From positions 2,244-66,243 of the forward strand of contig JAGBIY010000030.1 of assembly GCA_017934745.1 (NCBI GenBank): a DNA stretch of 64,000 bases, written 5' to 3'. A program made the translations under genes and the position numbers. Within the stretch, counting starts at the first letter, position 1. Each line of letters opens with the position of its first letter. This stretch comes from Treponema sp. Its GTDB lineage: Bacteria > Spirochaetota > Spirochaetia > Treponematales > Treponemataceae. The notes under the pieces are model-generated. The model saw only the letters and a program-made list of their open reading frames with translations, made no database searches and was not told where the DNA came from. Positions 1 through 11,289 of the stretch are shown piece after piece.

Positions 1-1311
1 GTCGTCCACGTTCGCGAGGTTTCCGACGAGCTTCCGCGGAGAGCCGTCCTGATTTTTGATGAAAGTTCCGAGCATCTTGAACCAATAGTAGTTTCCGTCG
101 AAGCACTTCATCCTGAATTCACGGTTCACAGTGTCGAGGTTATCCTTGTTGAAGTTTCGCAACGCTTTGAAAAGAGAGAAATCATCCTCGTGTATGAGCC
201 GCTGCAAAATCGGAAAATCCTTGCTCTCGATTCTGTCGACCTGTTCGCCGAAGATGAATTCCGTGTCCCCGTTGAACTCAATCGCGCACTTCTCGCAGTC
301 GAAGTCGAAGACGACGGTCTGGTTCTGCTTCGTCGCGATGCGGAATTTCTCGTTCATGCGGTTTATAGAATCGTTGTTCTTCAGCAAAAAGAGAATCGAG
401 AACAGAAGAAGCGAGAAAGCGAGGACGAGAATGACCTCGATTATGATTACATGGAAGGAGAACGTGTCGATTATGTCGGTTATGACCGACTGGTGGGTGA
501 CAATCGCATAGTACCAGTCGTGGATTCCGACGGGCGTCATTATCGCCAGCCGCTTCTTCGTGCCGGTCTGGTAAGGGATGACGACGGACTGGTTTTTCTC
601 GAGGTCGATTTTGAGGGACTCAAGGGTGTCGTTTCCGTGCAGGCCCCAGGAGGTTCCGATGTCGAAGAAGTTGACGATTCTGTTCGTGACGAGGACGGGA
701 TTGTTCGAGCGCGCGAGTATTGTCCCGTCCGAACCGAAGAGAAGCGATGCCATCTTGTCGTCGTAGCTGAAACCTTCGATTACCGAATTCAACTCCTCGT
801 TCGTGAAAATTCCGTATATGACACCAACAACCATTCCATTCCTCATGATTGGCGCGGAAAGCACGAGCGCATCCCAATAGTTGAAATCGGAGAAATCGGA
901 TTTTACGACGGCGGTTTTTCCAGCCATCGAACGCCTGAAAAACTCGAATTCGCGGACATCAGTCTCGACACCGTTCACGTCCAGGCTGCGCCCCCTGCTG
1001 TCGGCGACTCCGATTGTATTGAAAAGAGCCTCCCTTCCTATCATCGAAAGGATTTTCCCGACCTCCCCAAAATCGTCCATGTCGACGTTCTCGAAGAAGT
1101 GCGCGTCGCTTTCGAGCACGAGCGTCTGGTCCTTCAAGCGCATGGAGAACGCGACCGCCTGCGCCTTGCAGCTGTCTTCGAGAGAGCCGACCACCGCGTC
1201 GTCGATGATTTTCCCGGAATTGAGCCTGAACATGAATCCGACTCCGAAAATGCAGATTACAGTGATTACGATAGACGCGTAAATCGGAATTTGCGCCCTG
1301 ATTTTGCTCAT
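1..1311 (-). CDS. Membrane sensor protein with periplasmic domain, second TM segment and PAS/PAC domain; runs off the window (output domain not visible)
   Basis: Absent from the ORF track because it has no stop in the window. Manual translation from ATG at 1311 gives MSKIRAQIPIYASIVITVICIFGVGFMFR (TM segment). The window edge reads REFRMKCFDGNYYWFKMLGTFIKNQDGSPRKLVGNLANVDD, a PAC-like motif. Confidence 0.75.
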   Translation of the reverse strand, partial: MSKIRAQIPIYASIVITVICIFGVGFMFRLNSGKIIDDAVVGSLEDSCKAQAVAFSMRLKDQTLVLESDAHFFENVDMDDFGEVGKILSMIGREALFNTIGVADSRGRSLDVNGVETDVREFEFFRRSMAGKTAVVKSDFSDFNYWDALVLSAPIMRNGMVVGVIYGIFTNEELNSVIEGFSYDDKMASLLFGSDGTILARSNNPVLVTNRIVNFFDIGTSWGLHGNDTLESLKIDLEKNQSVVIPYQTGTKKRLAIMTPVGIHDWYYAIVTHQSVITDIIDTFSFHVIIIEVILVLAFSLLLFSILFLLKNNDSINRMNEKFRIATKQNQTVVFDFDCEKCAIEFNGDTEFIFGEQVDRIESKDFPILQRLIHEDDFSLFKALRNFNKDNLDTVNREFRMKCFDGNYYWFKMLGTFIKNQDGSPRKLVGNLANVDD

Positions 1312-1342
1312 TGAAAAGCCCCCAAGAACTGATTGCACATAC

Positions 1343-1891
1343 TTAATAGAAGATTTCTTTCACCATCGAAATCAAGTCGGAATCGGAAGAGTCGAACCTG
1401 TAGTCGGAAGCCGGCACGAACTTGAGCTTGTACGACTTTCCAGACTCCTCGAAAACGGGAACGTAGTCGCCCACCCCCTCTTCGAATTTCAGCCAGCATA
1501 TCAAGTAAATCAAGCTTCCCCCGAACGTGTACGCGTTCTTTTTTGTTAGAGGCGATTCCATTTCAAAAGAAGAAACATAAGTGTCCCTGTCCGACTTCGA
1601 TTCCACAGTCTCCTTCACGGCCTTGAAAAGATTGTAGGCCTTCAGAAGGTTCTGCTCGTCCTCGTAAATGGCGCGCGCCCTGTCGGAGGCCTTTCCGAGC
1701 GCGCCGAACGGGTCCTTGTAGATTTTGTACGATTTCGCGACCGACTGCTTCCGCGCGCTCTCGTTCGCGTCGATTTTGTCTTGCAGGATTTCGTCTTCGG
1801 TCTTCCTTTTGGGAAGCTCGTTCCCGGTCTTCTGGAAAATGGCGAATTTCTGTGCGAAAGCGTTTATGACATCTGTCAAATTCTCTGGCAT
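1343..1891 (-). CDS. Hypothetical protein (182 aa)
   Basis: Clean ORF co-oriented with neighbours, purine-rich RBS, genome-like codon usage; no motif recognised. Confidence 0.7.
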   Translation of the reverse strand: MPENLTDVINAFAQKFAIFQKTGNELPKRKTEDEILQDKIDANESARKQSVAKSYKIYKDPFGALGKASDRARAIYEDEQNLLKAYNLFKAVKETVESKSDRDTYVSSFEMESPLTKKNAYTFGGSLIYLICWLKFEEGVGDYVPVFEESGKSYKLKFVPASDYRFDSSDSDLISMVKEIFY

Positions 1892-1927
1892 CTTCTTCCT
1901 CCGTCGTCTGTTGAACTCAGAAAAATT

Positions 1928-2758
1928 TCATTTCTCAAGCCCACGGACAAGCTTTATCTCCTCGGCGTATTCCTCCGTGGTCTCCCAGGGCGTCTCCAGA
2001 ATAAACGGAAGGTTCTTGAGCGACGGGTGGTTGACAATCCTGCCGAACGCCTCCAACCCGATTGACCCCTGCCCTATCCTCTCGTGCCTGTCCTTGTGGC
2101 TTGAGAACGGATTTTTCGAATCGTTCAGGTGGACAGCCTTGAGCCTGTCCAATCCCACGATTTTGTCGAATTCCGTCAGGACACCGTCCAGGTCGTTCAC
2201 GATGTCGTATCCCGCGTCGTGGACATGGCAGGTGTCCAAGCACACACCGAGTTTTCCGCCAAGTTCTACAGAATCCATTATAGCCCTCAACTCCTCGAAT
2301 TTTGAACCGACTTCGCTGCCCTTTCCAGCCATCGTCTCAAGAAGAACCGTGGTCGTCTGGGATTCCGACAAGACAGAATCGAGCATCTCCGCTATCAACT
2401 TGATTCCGACCTCTTTTCCCTGCTTCATGTCGCTTCCCGGATGGAAATTGTAGAGCTGGTTCGGTGTCGCCTCCATTCTTTTCAAATCGTCAGCGAAGAC
2501 CATCCTGGCGTACTCCCGGACTTCGCTCTTGTCGGAGCACGCATTCAGAGTGTAGGGAGCGTGAACGACAATCGGAGCGAAGGAGTTCGCCTTCATCAGA
2601 GCGCACAACGCAGCGGCGTCGGCTTCGTCTATGTCTTTGGCCTTCCCTCCGCGCGGATTCCTAGTGAAAAAGGCGAACGTGTCGGCTCCCGCTTTCAAGG
2701 CAGTCTCACCCATCTTCAAGAAACCGCCAGAAAAAGACAAATGATAACCTATGTGCAT
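1928..2758 (-). CDS. nfo: Endonuclease IV (AP endonuclease family 2)
   Basis: Motifs [43 protein letters not shown]. Start moved to MHIGYH with GGAG RBS. Confidence 0.95.
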   Translation of the reverse strand: MHIGYHLSFSGGFLKMGETALKAGADTFAFFTRNPRGGKAKDIDEADAAALCALMKANSFAPIVVHAPYTLNACSDKSEVREYARMVFADDLKRMEATPNQLYNFHPGSDMKQGKEVGIKLIAEMLDSVLSESQTTTVLLETMAGKGSEVGSKFEELRAIMDSVELGGKLGVCLDTCHVHDAGYDIVNDLDGVLTEFDKIVGLDRLKAVHLNDSKNPFSSHKDRHERIGQGSIGLEAFGRIVNHPSLKNLPFILETPWETTEEYAEEIKLVRGLEK

Positions 2759-2768
2759 TTTCTCCCCC

Positions 2769-2805
2769 AAAAAAAGACCCGCAGAAAACAATCTCCGCGG
2801 GCTTC
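2769..2805 (-). terminator. Intrinsic terminator after ftsH
   Basis: Minus strand GCCCGCGG...CTGCGGGT stem followed by T7. Confidence 0.65.
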
Positions 2806-2830
2806 GTTCAACATCACAGACCTCGGCAGC

Positions 2831-5059
2831 TTACTGCTGCTGCTCTGACTGAGCCTGTTTTTGAATGTCCTCGCACCTCTTTGAATTCTCGACGATTTCG
2901 TAGAATTCCTTTCCCTCCATCGTCTCAATCTCCACGAGCCTGTTTGCGATGAACTCCACAAGAGATTTCTTCTCGGTGAGCAAATTCACGACATACTCGT
3001 ACCGCTCGTTCATGATTCTTGAAATCTCCTCGTCGATGTATCGCTGAGTCTCCTCGGAGAATTCGCGGACAAGGGAAGGCTCACCGCCACGGTTTCCGAG
3101 GACGCCCTTTCCAAGCGTCATGTTCTTGAACTTCTCGCTCATTCCGTAGTCCACAATCATGCTCTTCAAAAGCTCGGTCGCGCGCGCGATGTCGTTGGAC
3201 GCCCCCGTGGAGATGTCGCCCAGGACGACCTGCTCTGCGGCACGGCCTCCAAGCATGGAGTCGACCTCGTTTATGATGTCCTTCCTCGTCAGCAGAGTCT
3301 TTTCCTCCGACTCCCTGTACTGCGTGAAACCGCCGATTCCATGGCTTCTTGGAACGACAGTGATTTTGTTCACAGGCTCGTGGCCCTCGGTGAAAGCCGC
3401 GATGAGAGCGTGTCCGGTCTCGTGGACAGAAACCAGGCGCATCTCCTTCTTGTTGTCCTTTCTCGACTTCTTCTTCAATCCAATGCTCACCTTGTCGATG
3501 GCCTCGTTGAAGTCGAGCATGGAGACCTTCTTGCGTCCGTTCCTTACTGCGAGCAGAGCGGCCTCGTTCACGACGTTCGCAAGGTCTGCTCCGGCGAAGC
3601 CTGTCGTTCCGTGCGCGATGGACTCGAAATCAACATCGTCCTCAAGCTTCACGTTCTTGGAATGGATGCGGAGGATGGCCTCGCGGCCCTTCACGTCAGG
3701 ACGCTCGACCGGAACCTGCCTGTCGAAGCGGCCTGGGCGGAGCAAAGCCGGGTCGAGTATGTCGGCGCGGTTTGTGGCGGCGAGGATTATCAAGCCCTTC
3801 TCGTTCTCGAATCCGTCCATCTCCACAAGGAGCTGGTTCAAAGTCTGCTCGCGCTCGTCGTTGCCGCCCCCGAATCCGTTCACGCGGCTTTTTCCCAAAG
3901 CGTCTATTTCGTCGATGAAGATGATGCACGGAGCCTTCTCCCTAGCCTGCTTGAACAAATCGCGGACGCGGCTCGCTCCGACACCGACGAACATTTCGAC
4001 AAAGTCCGAGCCGGAGATGCTGAAGAACGGAACACCGGCCTCGCCTGCGACCGCGCGGGCAAGGAGCGTCTTTCCAGTTCCGGGAGGTCCCACGAGGAGG
4101 ACACCCTTCGGAATCTTTCCGCCGATTTCCGTGTATTTCTTCGGCTCCTTCAAAAAGTCCACGACCTCGACAAGCTCGTCCTTCGCCTCATCGACACCGG
4201 CGACATCTGCGAAGCGGGTCTTCACCTTTCCGTCCTCCACGGCCTTCGAGCGGTTTCCGCCGCTTCCGAAAATTCCCATTCCGCCGCCAAGCCCGCCCGT
4301 CATCTTCCTGAACATGAAGAAGTAGATGGCGAGGATTATGACGAACGGCAGGATGTTGATGAGAATCTGGAGCAGGATGTTCGTCTGCTTGTTGACGAAG
4401 CGGTACTGCACGCCCTTCTCGTCGAGCAAGTCGATGAAGCTCTTTATGAGCACTCCGTTCGTCCTGTAGACTTTTCTGTTGGGGCTTACCGCGCTCTGCT
4501 GGTTTTTCAGCCACGGAAGGCTCTTAGTCAAAAGCGAGTCGCCGGAATTTTTCGCAGCGTCCTGCCCAGAAAGATTGAATTCCTCAGGGCCGAAGCCTGT
4601 GAAAACGGTCTCGCCAAGCTCCACCTCCACGATTTTTCCGTCGTCTATCAACTGTCTGAAAGCTGAAAAATCTATCAGAGAATCCGTCGGCTTCTGCATT
4701 ATGAACATGTTGACGAAAGCCAAGACAGCCAAAACCGCAATCAAAACGCCCCAGAACGGAAATTTGAAAGGCCGCCTGCGCTTGAACTCGTCGTCGTCGG
4801 AATCAGGGGACGGCTCCGTCGAAAGCCTGAAAAAATTGTACGGATCAGGCTCCGATTTTTTGCCATCGCTTTCGCCCTCTTTTTCGGAAGGCTCCAAAGA
4901 ACCTGAAGTATCTTCGTTTTTATCTTCAAAACCGTCCTTCAAATTCTTCTTTTCTTCGTTGTTTTTTTCTTCGTCCAATTTATTCTCCACTTTTAAAACT
5001 TCATTGCTTTCATTTACATAAATACAAATGTCCTTCAAATATATAGAAAAATTCGGCAA
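2831..5059 (-). CDS. ftsH: ATP-dependent zinc metalloprotease FtsH
   Basis: Two TM segments, Walker A GPPGTGKT, Walker [12 protein letters not shown] region, HETGH zinc motif. True start may be TTG at 4978 (GGAG 6 nt upstream). Confidence 0.97.
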   Translation of the reverse strand: MPNFSIYLKDICIYVNESNEVLKVENKLDEEKNNEEKKNLKDGFEDKNEDTSGSLEPSEKEGESDGKKSEPDPYNFFRLSTEPSPDSDDDEFKRRRPFKFPFWGVLIAVLAVLAFVNMFIMQKPTDSLIDFSAFRQLIDDGKIVEVELGETVFTGFGPEEFNLSGQDAAKNSGDSLLTKSLPWLKNQQSAVSPNRKVYRTNGVLIKSFIDLLDEKGVQYRFVNKQTNILLQILINILPFVIILAIYFFMFRKMTGGLGGGMGIFGSGGNRSKAVEDGKVKTRFADVAGVDEAKDELVEVVDFLKEPKKYTEIGGKIPKGVLLVGPPGTGKTLLARAVAGEAGVPFFSISGSDFVEMFVGVGASRVRDLFKQAREKAPCIIFIDEIDALGKSRVNGFGGGNDEREQTLNQLLVEMDGFENEKGLIILAATNRADILDPALLRPGRFDRQVPVERPDVKGREAILRIHSKNVKLEDDVDFESIAHGTTGFAGADLANVVNEAALLAVRNGRKKVSMLDFNEAIDKVSIGLKKKSRKDNKKEMRLVSVHETGHALIAAFTEGHEPVNKITVVPRSHGIGGFTQYRESEEKTLLTRKDIINEVDSMLGGRAAEQVVLGDISTGASNDIARATELLKSMIVDYGMSEKFKNMTLGKGVLGNRGGEPSLVREFSEETQRYIDEEISRIMNERYEYVVNLLTEKKSLVEFIANRLVEIETMEGKEFYEIVENSKRCEDIQKQAQSEQQQ

Positions 5060-5146
5060 TCGGAAAGACGATAAACACCAATACAGGACGTTTCAGGGAA
5101 AACTCAAAAAAAGAGAAGTTTTTCCGGGTTCCATTTGCAGATACCC

Positions 5147-5173
5147 TAAACTTTTGGTTTCAGATTCCGAAAA
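5147..5173 (+). promoter_or_regulatory. Sigma28 (FliA)-type promoter upstream of fliS
   Basis: TAAA-N15-TCCGAAAA against consensus TAAA-N15-GCCGATAA, ~40 nt upstream of a flagellar gene. Confidence 0.65.
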
Positions 5174-5215
5174 TTTCATGGAATTCTCATCTTTCTATTT
5201 TTTCGGGAGGGAAAA

Positions 5216-5671
5216 ATGCAATTCAGAAGAGGAAACCCCTACGCGGCCTACCAGGACACCGGAATAAAGACGGCAAGCCAGGGAAAGCTGGTGGTGATGC
5301 TTTACCAAGGAGCGATAAGGGAGCTTTCTGCGGCAGTAGACTGCTTCAGCCTGGACACGTCGACAAGGGCCGAGACGATAAAGGCTCCGCTCATAGAAGG
5401 TTTCGGAAAGCACATTCTCAAAGCTCAGGAAATCATCGGGGAACTGCAGGTTTCGCTCGACATGGAAAAAGGCGGAGACATAGCGAAGAACCTCATGTCG
5501 CTCTACGTCTATTTCAACCAGGAACTTTCGGCGGCCTCGATAAACAGGGACAAAAAGAAGATAACATTCGTACTCGACATGATGAGGCAGCTCGCTTCCG
5601 CATGGGAAACGGCGGCGAATTCAACACAGACCACGAACGTCGCGCACCCCGCGCTGAACATCCAAGGTTAG
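5216..5671 (+). CDS. fliS: Flagellin chaperone FliS
   Basis: NPYAAYQDTGIKTASQGKLVVMLYQGAI...KAQEIIGELQVSLDMEKGGDIAKNLMSLYVY...LASAWE is characteristic of FliS. Confidence 0.93.
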   Translation: MQFRRGNPYAAYQDTGIKTASQGKLVVMLYQGAIRELSAAVDCFSLDTSTRAETIKAPLIEGFGKHILKAQEIIGELQVSLDMEKGGDIAKNLMSLYVYFNQELSAASINRDKKKITFVLDMMRQLASAWETAANSTQTTNVAHPALNIQG

Positions 5672-5682
5672 AATCGAAAAAA

Positions 5683-6168
5683 ATGAGCATGAACAACAAA
5701 AATCTGACAGAAGACGAACTCAACGAACGGATAGAGATTGTGAAGCGGTTCAAGTCACTGCTCGAACAGCAGCGCGCGAAATTCCGGGAGTATCTTTTCG
5801 TCCTCGAAAAACAGCACGAAGAGATTGAGCTAGACGATTCGGAGTCGATGTCAGCGCACGCGGAGCTTGAGAACCAGATTGTCGCGAACATAAAGAGCCT
5901 CCAGAAAGTCATAGTCCCGATGAACGACCTGTACCAGTCGGTCGCGGACGGAGAGGACTCATGCGCAATCGGAAACATCCAAATCGACTTGGAAAAGCTA
6001 CAGAAGCAGGTCCTCGTCCAGAACGAGCGGAACAGGGAACTTCTCCAGGCGCGCATGAACCAGCTCAAGTGCCAGATGAACACGTTCGCAATCTCGAACC
6101 CGTACAGGGGCAAACGCTCGATATACGCGGAGCGGCAGTCAGGAAACATGGTGTCGATAGAGGGATAG
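5683..6168 (+). CDS. FlgN-like flagellar export chaperone
   Basis: All-helical, directly after fliS, with QNERNRELL and NPY motifs. Start moved to ATG 5683. Confidence 0.65.
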   Translation: MSMNNKNLTEDELNERIEIVKRFKSLLEQQRAKFREYLFVLEKQHEEIELDDSESMSAHAELENQIVANIKSLQKVIVPMNDLYQSVADGEDSCAIGNIQIDLEKLQKQVLVQNERNRELLQARMNQLKCQMNTFAISNPYRGKRSIYAERQSGNMVSIEG

Positions 6169-6219
6169 GGAAAAGCGAGGCTGACCCCGAACTAATTTTT
6201 TGTTATTCCAACCGTTTTT

Positions 6220-7731
6220 TTGCAGAAAATGGAAAATCAGCGGCAATTAAGAAGTATGAGACACAGTACACTACTTCTTCTGCAGCTGATTTTTTTTGCG
6301 GTTATGGAAATTCACCCATCGGAAAGAACCATTCTGAACAGCATCGACTTCGGTTCAAAAATTGGACTCTCGCTCCCGAAAGGGGATTCCAAACAGACGG
6401 ACAAACTGGACGCAGCCGCTGGATTCAAGGTTTCGCTCAAGAACGCGGATTTGAGGCTCTACGAATCGCTATCCACGGAGGTTCCGGCGACGATGCAGGC
6501 TCTATCGGACGGACTCGGCTCCCCGCGGTACGGATTCGGAATCACACTTTTCGGGAAAAGCGTACCGACGACGATAAAGGCCGGAAAGAATTCGCACTCG
6601 AAGTCGCTTTCAAAAATAAAGAACCCCTCCCCCAGCACAGCCGCCACGCCGCTAAGGCAGTCCTTCGCGTTCTCCACGGGGATTCACTCGTCGCTGCCGA
6701 CGCTCTCCTCGGCGGAACAACCGCTTTCGGCAACGCTGAACATCGGGATTCCGAAAAACAGCGTGCTGGACGGGCTTTCGATAGACGCGCTCGTGGACGA
6801 GAAGATGGACACCGCGCTTTCGGCATCAGCGGAGAAGCGGCTCGGAAAACTCTCTTCGATGCATTTCGCGCTCACGGGCGCGAGATTCTTCATAGAAAAC
6901 GGCTCGGCCGTCCTGAAAAAATCAGGAGCCGAATTCCGTCCGGACTACTATCTTTCAGGGCTGGCGGAATTTTCACTCAGGACGCCGATTGTAAAGGCGA
7001 ACGCCCGAATAGGAGCGCAGGAATCGCCATACGATGCAAATCCAGTCTGGCTGAGTCTCGAATGCAGGACAGGCTACAGGAACGTCATATCCGACTTCTC
7101 TTTTTTCGCGGTGCCGACATCGGAACTTACACCGAGGACGGCTCCGCTGATAGGGGCGAACTCATCGATTCAAAGGACGCTGACGCAAATCGGGATAAGC
7201 CCGCAGACCGTTTTCCTTTTCGGAAGCGAATCTCCCGCCGCGGTGAGACTCGGAGCGCACGCCATCGCCGCCAGAAAAATCACGTCGACAAAAAACGCGG
7301 AAATGATGGACGTGGGAAAGATAAGGGTCGCGGAAAGTTTCGAGTCGAAAAGGACGACAGTCAGGCACGACCTAACGGTGGCGAACATCCTGATTTCGGG
7401 GAATCCACCGAACAAGACGAGCACGCCAGAAAAATACGTGACCAACTCCATATCGGTCAGCCGCAAATCGGCCAAGCTGAACATGACGGCCGACATAAGC
7501 CACAAGCACGTGCCCCCGTACAGTTCAAGCCATCCCGCGACAGACACGTTCACATCGACGCTCACGGCCACGCCCGGACTGTCGAAGACGCTTTCGGCGA
7601 GCGGAAAGGTGTCTCTCACGTTCAAGGACGCCCGAAAAAGCGGCGGCGAATTCAGCTTTTCGGCTTCATGCAAATTCAAGTCGAAAAAGGCGAGCGCGTC
7701 ATTGAAATGCGGTGTCGAGATTCCGTTCTAA
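6220..7731 (+). CDS. Hypothetical exported protein, possible beta-barrel
   Basis: 503 aa with hydrophobic N-terminus, alternating-pattern strands and C-terminal Phe; start uncertain. Confidence 0.6.
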   Translation: MQKMENQRQLRSMRHSTLLLLQLIFFAVMEIHPSERTILNSIDFGSKIGLSLPKGDSKQTDKLDAAAGFKVSLKNADLRLYESLSTEVPATMQALSDGLGSPRYGFGITLFGKSVPTTIKAGKNSHSKSLSKIKNPSPSTAATPLRQSFAFSTGIHSSLPTLSSAEQPLSATLNIGIPKNSVLDGLSIDALVDEKMDTALSASAEKRLGKLSSMHFALTGARFFIENGSAVLKKSGAEFRPDYYLSGLAEFSLRTPIVKANARIGAQESPYDANPVWLSLECRTGYRNVISDFSFFAVPTSELTPRTAPLIGANSSIQRTLTQIGISPQTVFLFGSESPAAVRLGAHAIAARKITSTKNAEMMDVGKIRVAESFESKRTTVRHDLTVANILISGNPPNKTSTPEKYVTNSISVSRKSAKLNMTADISHKHVPPYSSSHPATDTFTSTLTATPGLSKTLSASGKVSLTFKDARKSGGEFSFSASCKFKSKKASASLKCGVEIPF

Positions 7732-7755
7732 AGGACGCGCGGAGTCGTGGAAATG

Positions 7756-7784
7756 TTGATAAAGCAATGGTTTTTCTATATATT
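7756..7784 (+). promoter_or_regulatory. Sigma70-type promoter of fusA
   Basis: TTGATA-N17-TATATT. Confidence 0.55.
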
Positions 7785-7849
7785 TGAAGGAATCTATAAG
7801 ACATCTCTTGTCATCAAATTTAGAAAATCTTTTTAGAGAGGTAAACAAT

Positions 7850-9940
7850 ATGGCTTTTGATATTACCAAAGTTCGTAATATCGGTATCAGTGCCCACATT
7901 GACTCTGGTAAGACAACAACTTCTGAACGCATCCTGTTCTACTGCAACAAGATTCACGCAATTCATGAAGTTCGTGGTAAAGACGGTGTTGGTGCTGTAA
8001 TGGACAACATGGAATTGGAGCGTGAGCGCGGTATCACAATCCAGTCTGCAGCAACTCAGGTTCAGTGGAAAGACACAACAATCAACTTGATCGACACACC
8101 AGGACACGTCGACTTCACTGTAGAGGTCGAGCGCTCACTCCGCGTTCTCGACGGCGCCATCATGATTCTCTGCGCGGTAGCGGGTGTCCAGTCTCAGTCA
8201 ATCACGGTAGACCGCCAGTTGAAGCGCTATCATGTACCTCGCGTAGCTTTCGTGAACAAGTGTGACCGCCAGGGTGCGAACCCGATTCGCGTTTGCGGCC
8301 AGCTCCGCGACAAACTCGGCTTGAACTCTCACATGGTCGAACTTCCAATCGGACTCGAGGACAAACTCGAAGGTGTCGTCGACCTCGTTGGAATGAAGGC
8401 AATCTACTTCGACGGAGAGAACGGAGAGAACCTCCGCTACGCAGAAATCCCTGCGCACCTCAAAGAGCAGGCCGCCCAGTACCGTGAAGAGCTTGTCGAC
8501 GCGGCATCAAACTTCGATGACGAGTTGATGGAACTCGCGCTCGACGGAAAAGAGATTCCTGAAGAGCTCCTCATCAAGGCTATCCGCAAGGGAACTTTGG
8601 CAGAGCAGTTCGTCGGCGTATTCTGCGGTTCAGCCCACGTCAACAAGGGTATCCAGCCGCTTCTCGACGGTGTCGTCCGCTATCTCCCGAACCCGACAGA
8701 GGTTCACAACTACGGTCTCGACCTCGACAAGAACGAGGAAGAAGTCGAGTTGTTCAACGTTCCAGACAAGCCGTGCGTCGCTTTGGCATTCAAACTCGAC
8801 GACGGACAGTTCGGTCAGTTGACATACATCCGCATCTACCAGGGAAGACTTCCTAAGGGAGCGGAACTCACAAACGTCCGCACAAAGAAGAGATTCAAGG
8901 TCGGTCGTCTCGTCCGCATGAACTCCGCCGCGATGGAGGACATCTCAGTCGGAGAGCCGGGAGACATCTGTGCCCTCTTCGGTGTCGACTGCGCTTCTGG
9001 AGACACATTCTGCGCCGAGGGAATCAACGTCGCCATGACTTCTATGTTCGTTCCTAAGCCGGTTATCTCACAGGCCATCAAGCCGAAGGACAAGTCAATG
9101 GCCGCGAACTTCGCGAAGGCCCTCAACCGCTTCACGAAGGAAGACCCGACATTCCAGACAGAGCTTGATCCGGAGTCGAACGAGACAATCATCAAGGGTA
9201 TGGGTGAGTTGCACCTCGCCGTATACGTCGAGCGCATGAAGCGCGAATACAAGTGCGAAGTCGAAGTCACACCTCCAAAGGTAGCCTACCGCGAGTCAAT
9301 CACGACAGCGGCGAACTTCAACTACACACACAAGAAGCAGACTGGTGGTTCAGGACAGTACGGACGCGTCGCCGGAATCATGGAGCCGTTGGCCGACAAA
9401 GACTACGAGTTTGTCGACGCAATCAAGGGAGGAGCAATCCCGAACGAGTACATCCCGTCGTGCGACAAGGGATTCCGCCGCGCAATGGAGAAGGGTTCTC
9501 TCATCGGAGCTCCTGTCGTTGGAATCAAGATGACAATCAACGATGGTCAGTACCACCCGGTCGACTCTTCGGACATCGCATTCCAGACTGCGGCTATCGG
9601 AGCGTTCCGCGAAGCCTACGCGAAGGCGAAGCCGGTCATCCTCGAGCCAATCATGAAGGTCGCCATCGAAGGACCAACTGAGTTCCAGGGCAACATGTTC
9701 GGTCTCATCAACCAGAGACGCGGCGTCATCCTTGAGACAACGGACGAGAACAACACGTCTGTCGTAAACGCAGAGGTTCCGCTTTCCGAGATGTTCGGAT
9801 TCTCGACAATCCTCCGCTCATCCACACAGGGAAAAGCTGAGTTCACAATGGAATTCTTGAAGTACGGAAGGGTTCCGAACAACGTGGCCGAAGAATTGAC
9901 AAAGAAATATCAGGAAGAAAGAAAAGCTGGAAACGCTTAA
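7850..9940 (+). CDS. fusA: Elongation factor G (spirochete EF-G1 type, stand-alone)
   Basis: [42 protein letters not shown] before ATG 7850; high-expression codon bias. Confidence 0.97.
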   Translation: MAFDITKVRNIGISAHIDSGKTTTSERILFYCNKIHAIHEVRGKDGVGAVMDNMELERERGITIQSAATQVQWKDTTINLIDTPGHVDFTVEVERSLRVLDGAIMILCAVAGVQSQSITVDRQLKRYHVPRVAFVNKCDRQGANPIRVCGQLRDKLGLNSHMVELPIGLEDKLEGVVDLVGMKAIYFDGENGENLRYAEIPAHLKEQAAQYREELVDAASNFDDELMELALDGKEIPEELLIKAIRKGTLAEQFVGVFCGSAHVNKGIQPLLDGVVRYLPNPTEVHNYGLDLDKNEEEVELFNVPDKPCVALAFKLDDGQFGQLTYIRIYQGRLPKGAELTNVRTKKRFKVGRLVRMNSAAMEDISVGEPGDICALFGVDCASGDTFCAEGINVAMTSMFVPKPVISQAIKPKDKSMAANFAKALNRFTKEDPTFQTELDPESNETIIKGMGELHLAVYVERMKREYKCEVEVTPPKVAYRESITTAANFNYTHKKQTGGSGQYGRVAGIMEPLADKDYEFVDAIKGGAIPNEYIPSCDKGFRRAMEKGSLIGAPVVGIKMTINDGQYHPVDSSDIAFQTAAIGAFREAYAKAKPVILEPIMKVAIEGPTEFQGNMFGLINQRRGVILETTDENNTSVVNAEVPLSEMFGFSTILRSSTQGKAEFTMEFLKYGRVPNNVAEELTKKYQEERKAGNA

Positions 9941-10025
9941 TTTCTGACAAGGCGCATTCAGTGCGCTGAATTCAAATGCGGCTGGATTTTCCAGCCGCGA
10001 AAAACAATTACAGGAGCTTACTTTT

Positions 10026-10703
10026 ATGGTAAAACAGGATCTTTATGAAAAAAGCCCAGTTCGTCTTTTTGATGCTGCCACAGACGGCGGACTCAAAGCG
10101 GGTGAGCTCGGACTCGTGACATCTAAGAAAGGTCTTGGAAAGACATCTGTTCTCGTTCAGTTCGGAATGGACACTCTTCTTCAGGACAAGCAGCTTATCC
10201 ACGTAACATTCGACCTCCACTCTTCAAACGTAATCTACTGGTACGACACAATCTTCACAGAGATTTCCAAGAAGAAGAACGTCGGAAACGCGGAAGAGCT
10301 CAAGAGCGAAGTCGTCTCAAAGAGAACAATCTTGAACTTCTCCCTCGACAACTTCACGCTCTCCAAGGTCGTAAACACATTGAACGCCCTCAAGGCCGGC
10401 GGAATCGCGGTCTCTGGCGTCGTGATGGACGGAATCGACTTCTCCAAAGTCACAGAGGGAGACATCAACTCTGTCGCACAGTATGCGGCGGCCGAGAAAG
10501 TCACTGTCTGGGCTTCAGCGACAGCCGAAGGCGACAAGCTCTCTGACTCGGTTCCAGCAGCTTTCGAGAAATATTTCGCGGCTGTAGTCCACTTGAACCA
10601 GAAAGACGGAGTCACTCTCGACGTGTTGAAAATCCACGACAAGAAGGATGTCGCAACCGGCATCAAGCTCGACACAAAAACATCTTTGTTGACAAAGAAC
10701 TAA
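10026..10703 (+). CDS. RecA/KaiC-fold P-loop protein of unknown function
   Basis: GGLKAGELGLVTSKKGLGKT (degenerate Walker A), IHVTFD strand, GVVMDG Walker B-like; GGAG RBS. Confidence 0.7.
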   Translation: MVKQDLYEKSPVRLFDAATDGGLKAGELGLVTSKKGLGKTSVLVQFGMDTLLQDKQLIHVTFDLHSSNVIYWYDTIFTEISKKKNVGNAEELKSEVVSKRTILNFSLDNFTLSKVVNTLNALKAGGIAVSGVVMDGIDFSKVTEGDINSVAQYAAAEKVTVWASATAEGDKLSDSVPAAFEKYFAAVVHLNQKDGVTLDVLKIHDKKDVATGIKLDTKTSLLTKN

Positions 10704-10723
10704 GGTTCTTTCGTAGATGAAAG

Positions 10724-10765
10724 AAGCCGCGCTTGGGGGATTGCCTTTGAGCGCGGCTTTTTTTT
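10724..10765 (+). terminator. Intrinsic terminator
   Basis: AAGCCGCGCT...AGCGCGGCTT stem plus T run. Confidence 0.8.
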
Positions 10766-10813
10766 GCATAGAAAAAAATTGGAAAACAACGCCTGTCCAA
10801 AATCCGGCAAGCG

Positions 10814-11134
10814 TCAAATCAACTCGCACACTTCCCGTATGTCTTTCAGAATGCGCTCCGAAAGCGCATCCTGTATCGACTTGGAATATTTTTCAGAGAA
10901 TTTCGACTTCAACCCACAGGGATTGTTGTTCTCATCGAACAATGTCGTCAACGGAATGTTCAAAGCCGCAGCTATTTTGTCGATTGTCTCCGCGCTCGGA
11001 AAACGCTCCCTGGCTTCCATGTCGCCTATATATGCAGTGCTCATCCCGATGGCTTCCGCCAGTTTTTCCTGCGTCAAACCTGCCTGCTTTCTGTAAAATT
11101 TCATGTTCTGAATAAAAACGTGCCTAATACCCAT
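10814..11134 (-). CDS. XRE-family HTH transcriptional regulator
   Basis: NMKFYRKQAGLTQEKLAEAIGMSTAYIGDMEARERFPSAETIDKIAAALNI is an HTH_3 pattern. Confidence 0.9.
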   Translation of the reverse strand: MGIRHVFIQNMKFYRKQAGLTQEKLAEAIGMSTAYIGDMEARERFPSAETIDKIAAALNIPLTTLFDENNNPCGLKSKFSEKYSKSIQDALSERILKDIREVCELI

Positions 11135-11183
11135 GAGTCAATTTTCTAGGGATTCCTTTCTAAAATTTATCATCTTAAACACA

Positions 11184-11252
11184 TAAAAATAAATTTAATT
11201 GAATTTTTCTGTGTTTAAGTTATACTTTAACGAAGGTGAAATGAAGCTAAAA
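11184..11252 (+). promoter_or_regulatory. Duplicated sigma70 promoter/leader, copy 1 (copy 2 at 12978..13047)
   Basis: TTGAAT-N16-TATACT followed by TTAACGAAGGTGAAATGAAGCTAAAAA; near-identical to 12978..13047. Confidence 0.75.
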
Positions 11253-11289
11253 ATGAAGACCCTGCTTTCTTTTTGCCAAGGAGTTTTAT

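Noticed and set aside
190-1314. 374-aa plus-strand ORF
   Set aside because: Antisense shadow of the real minus-strand sensor gene (1..1311), which has TM segments and a PAC motif.
7850-9940. fusA outside an str operon as a novelty
   Set aside because: Spirochetes are known to carry separate EF-G paralogs, so a stand-alone copy is expected.
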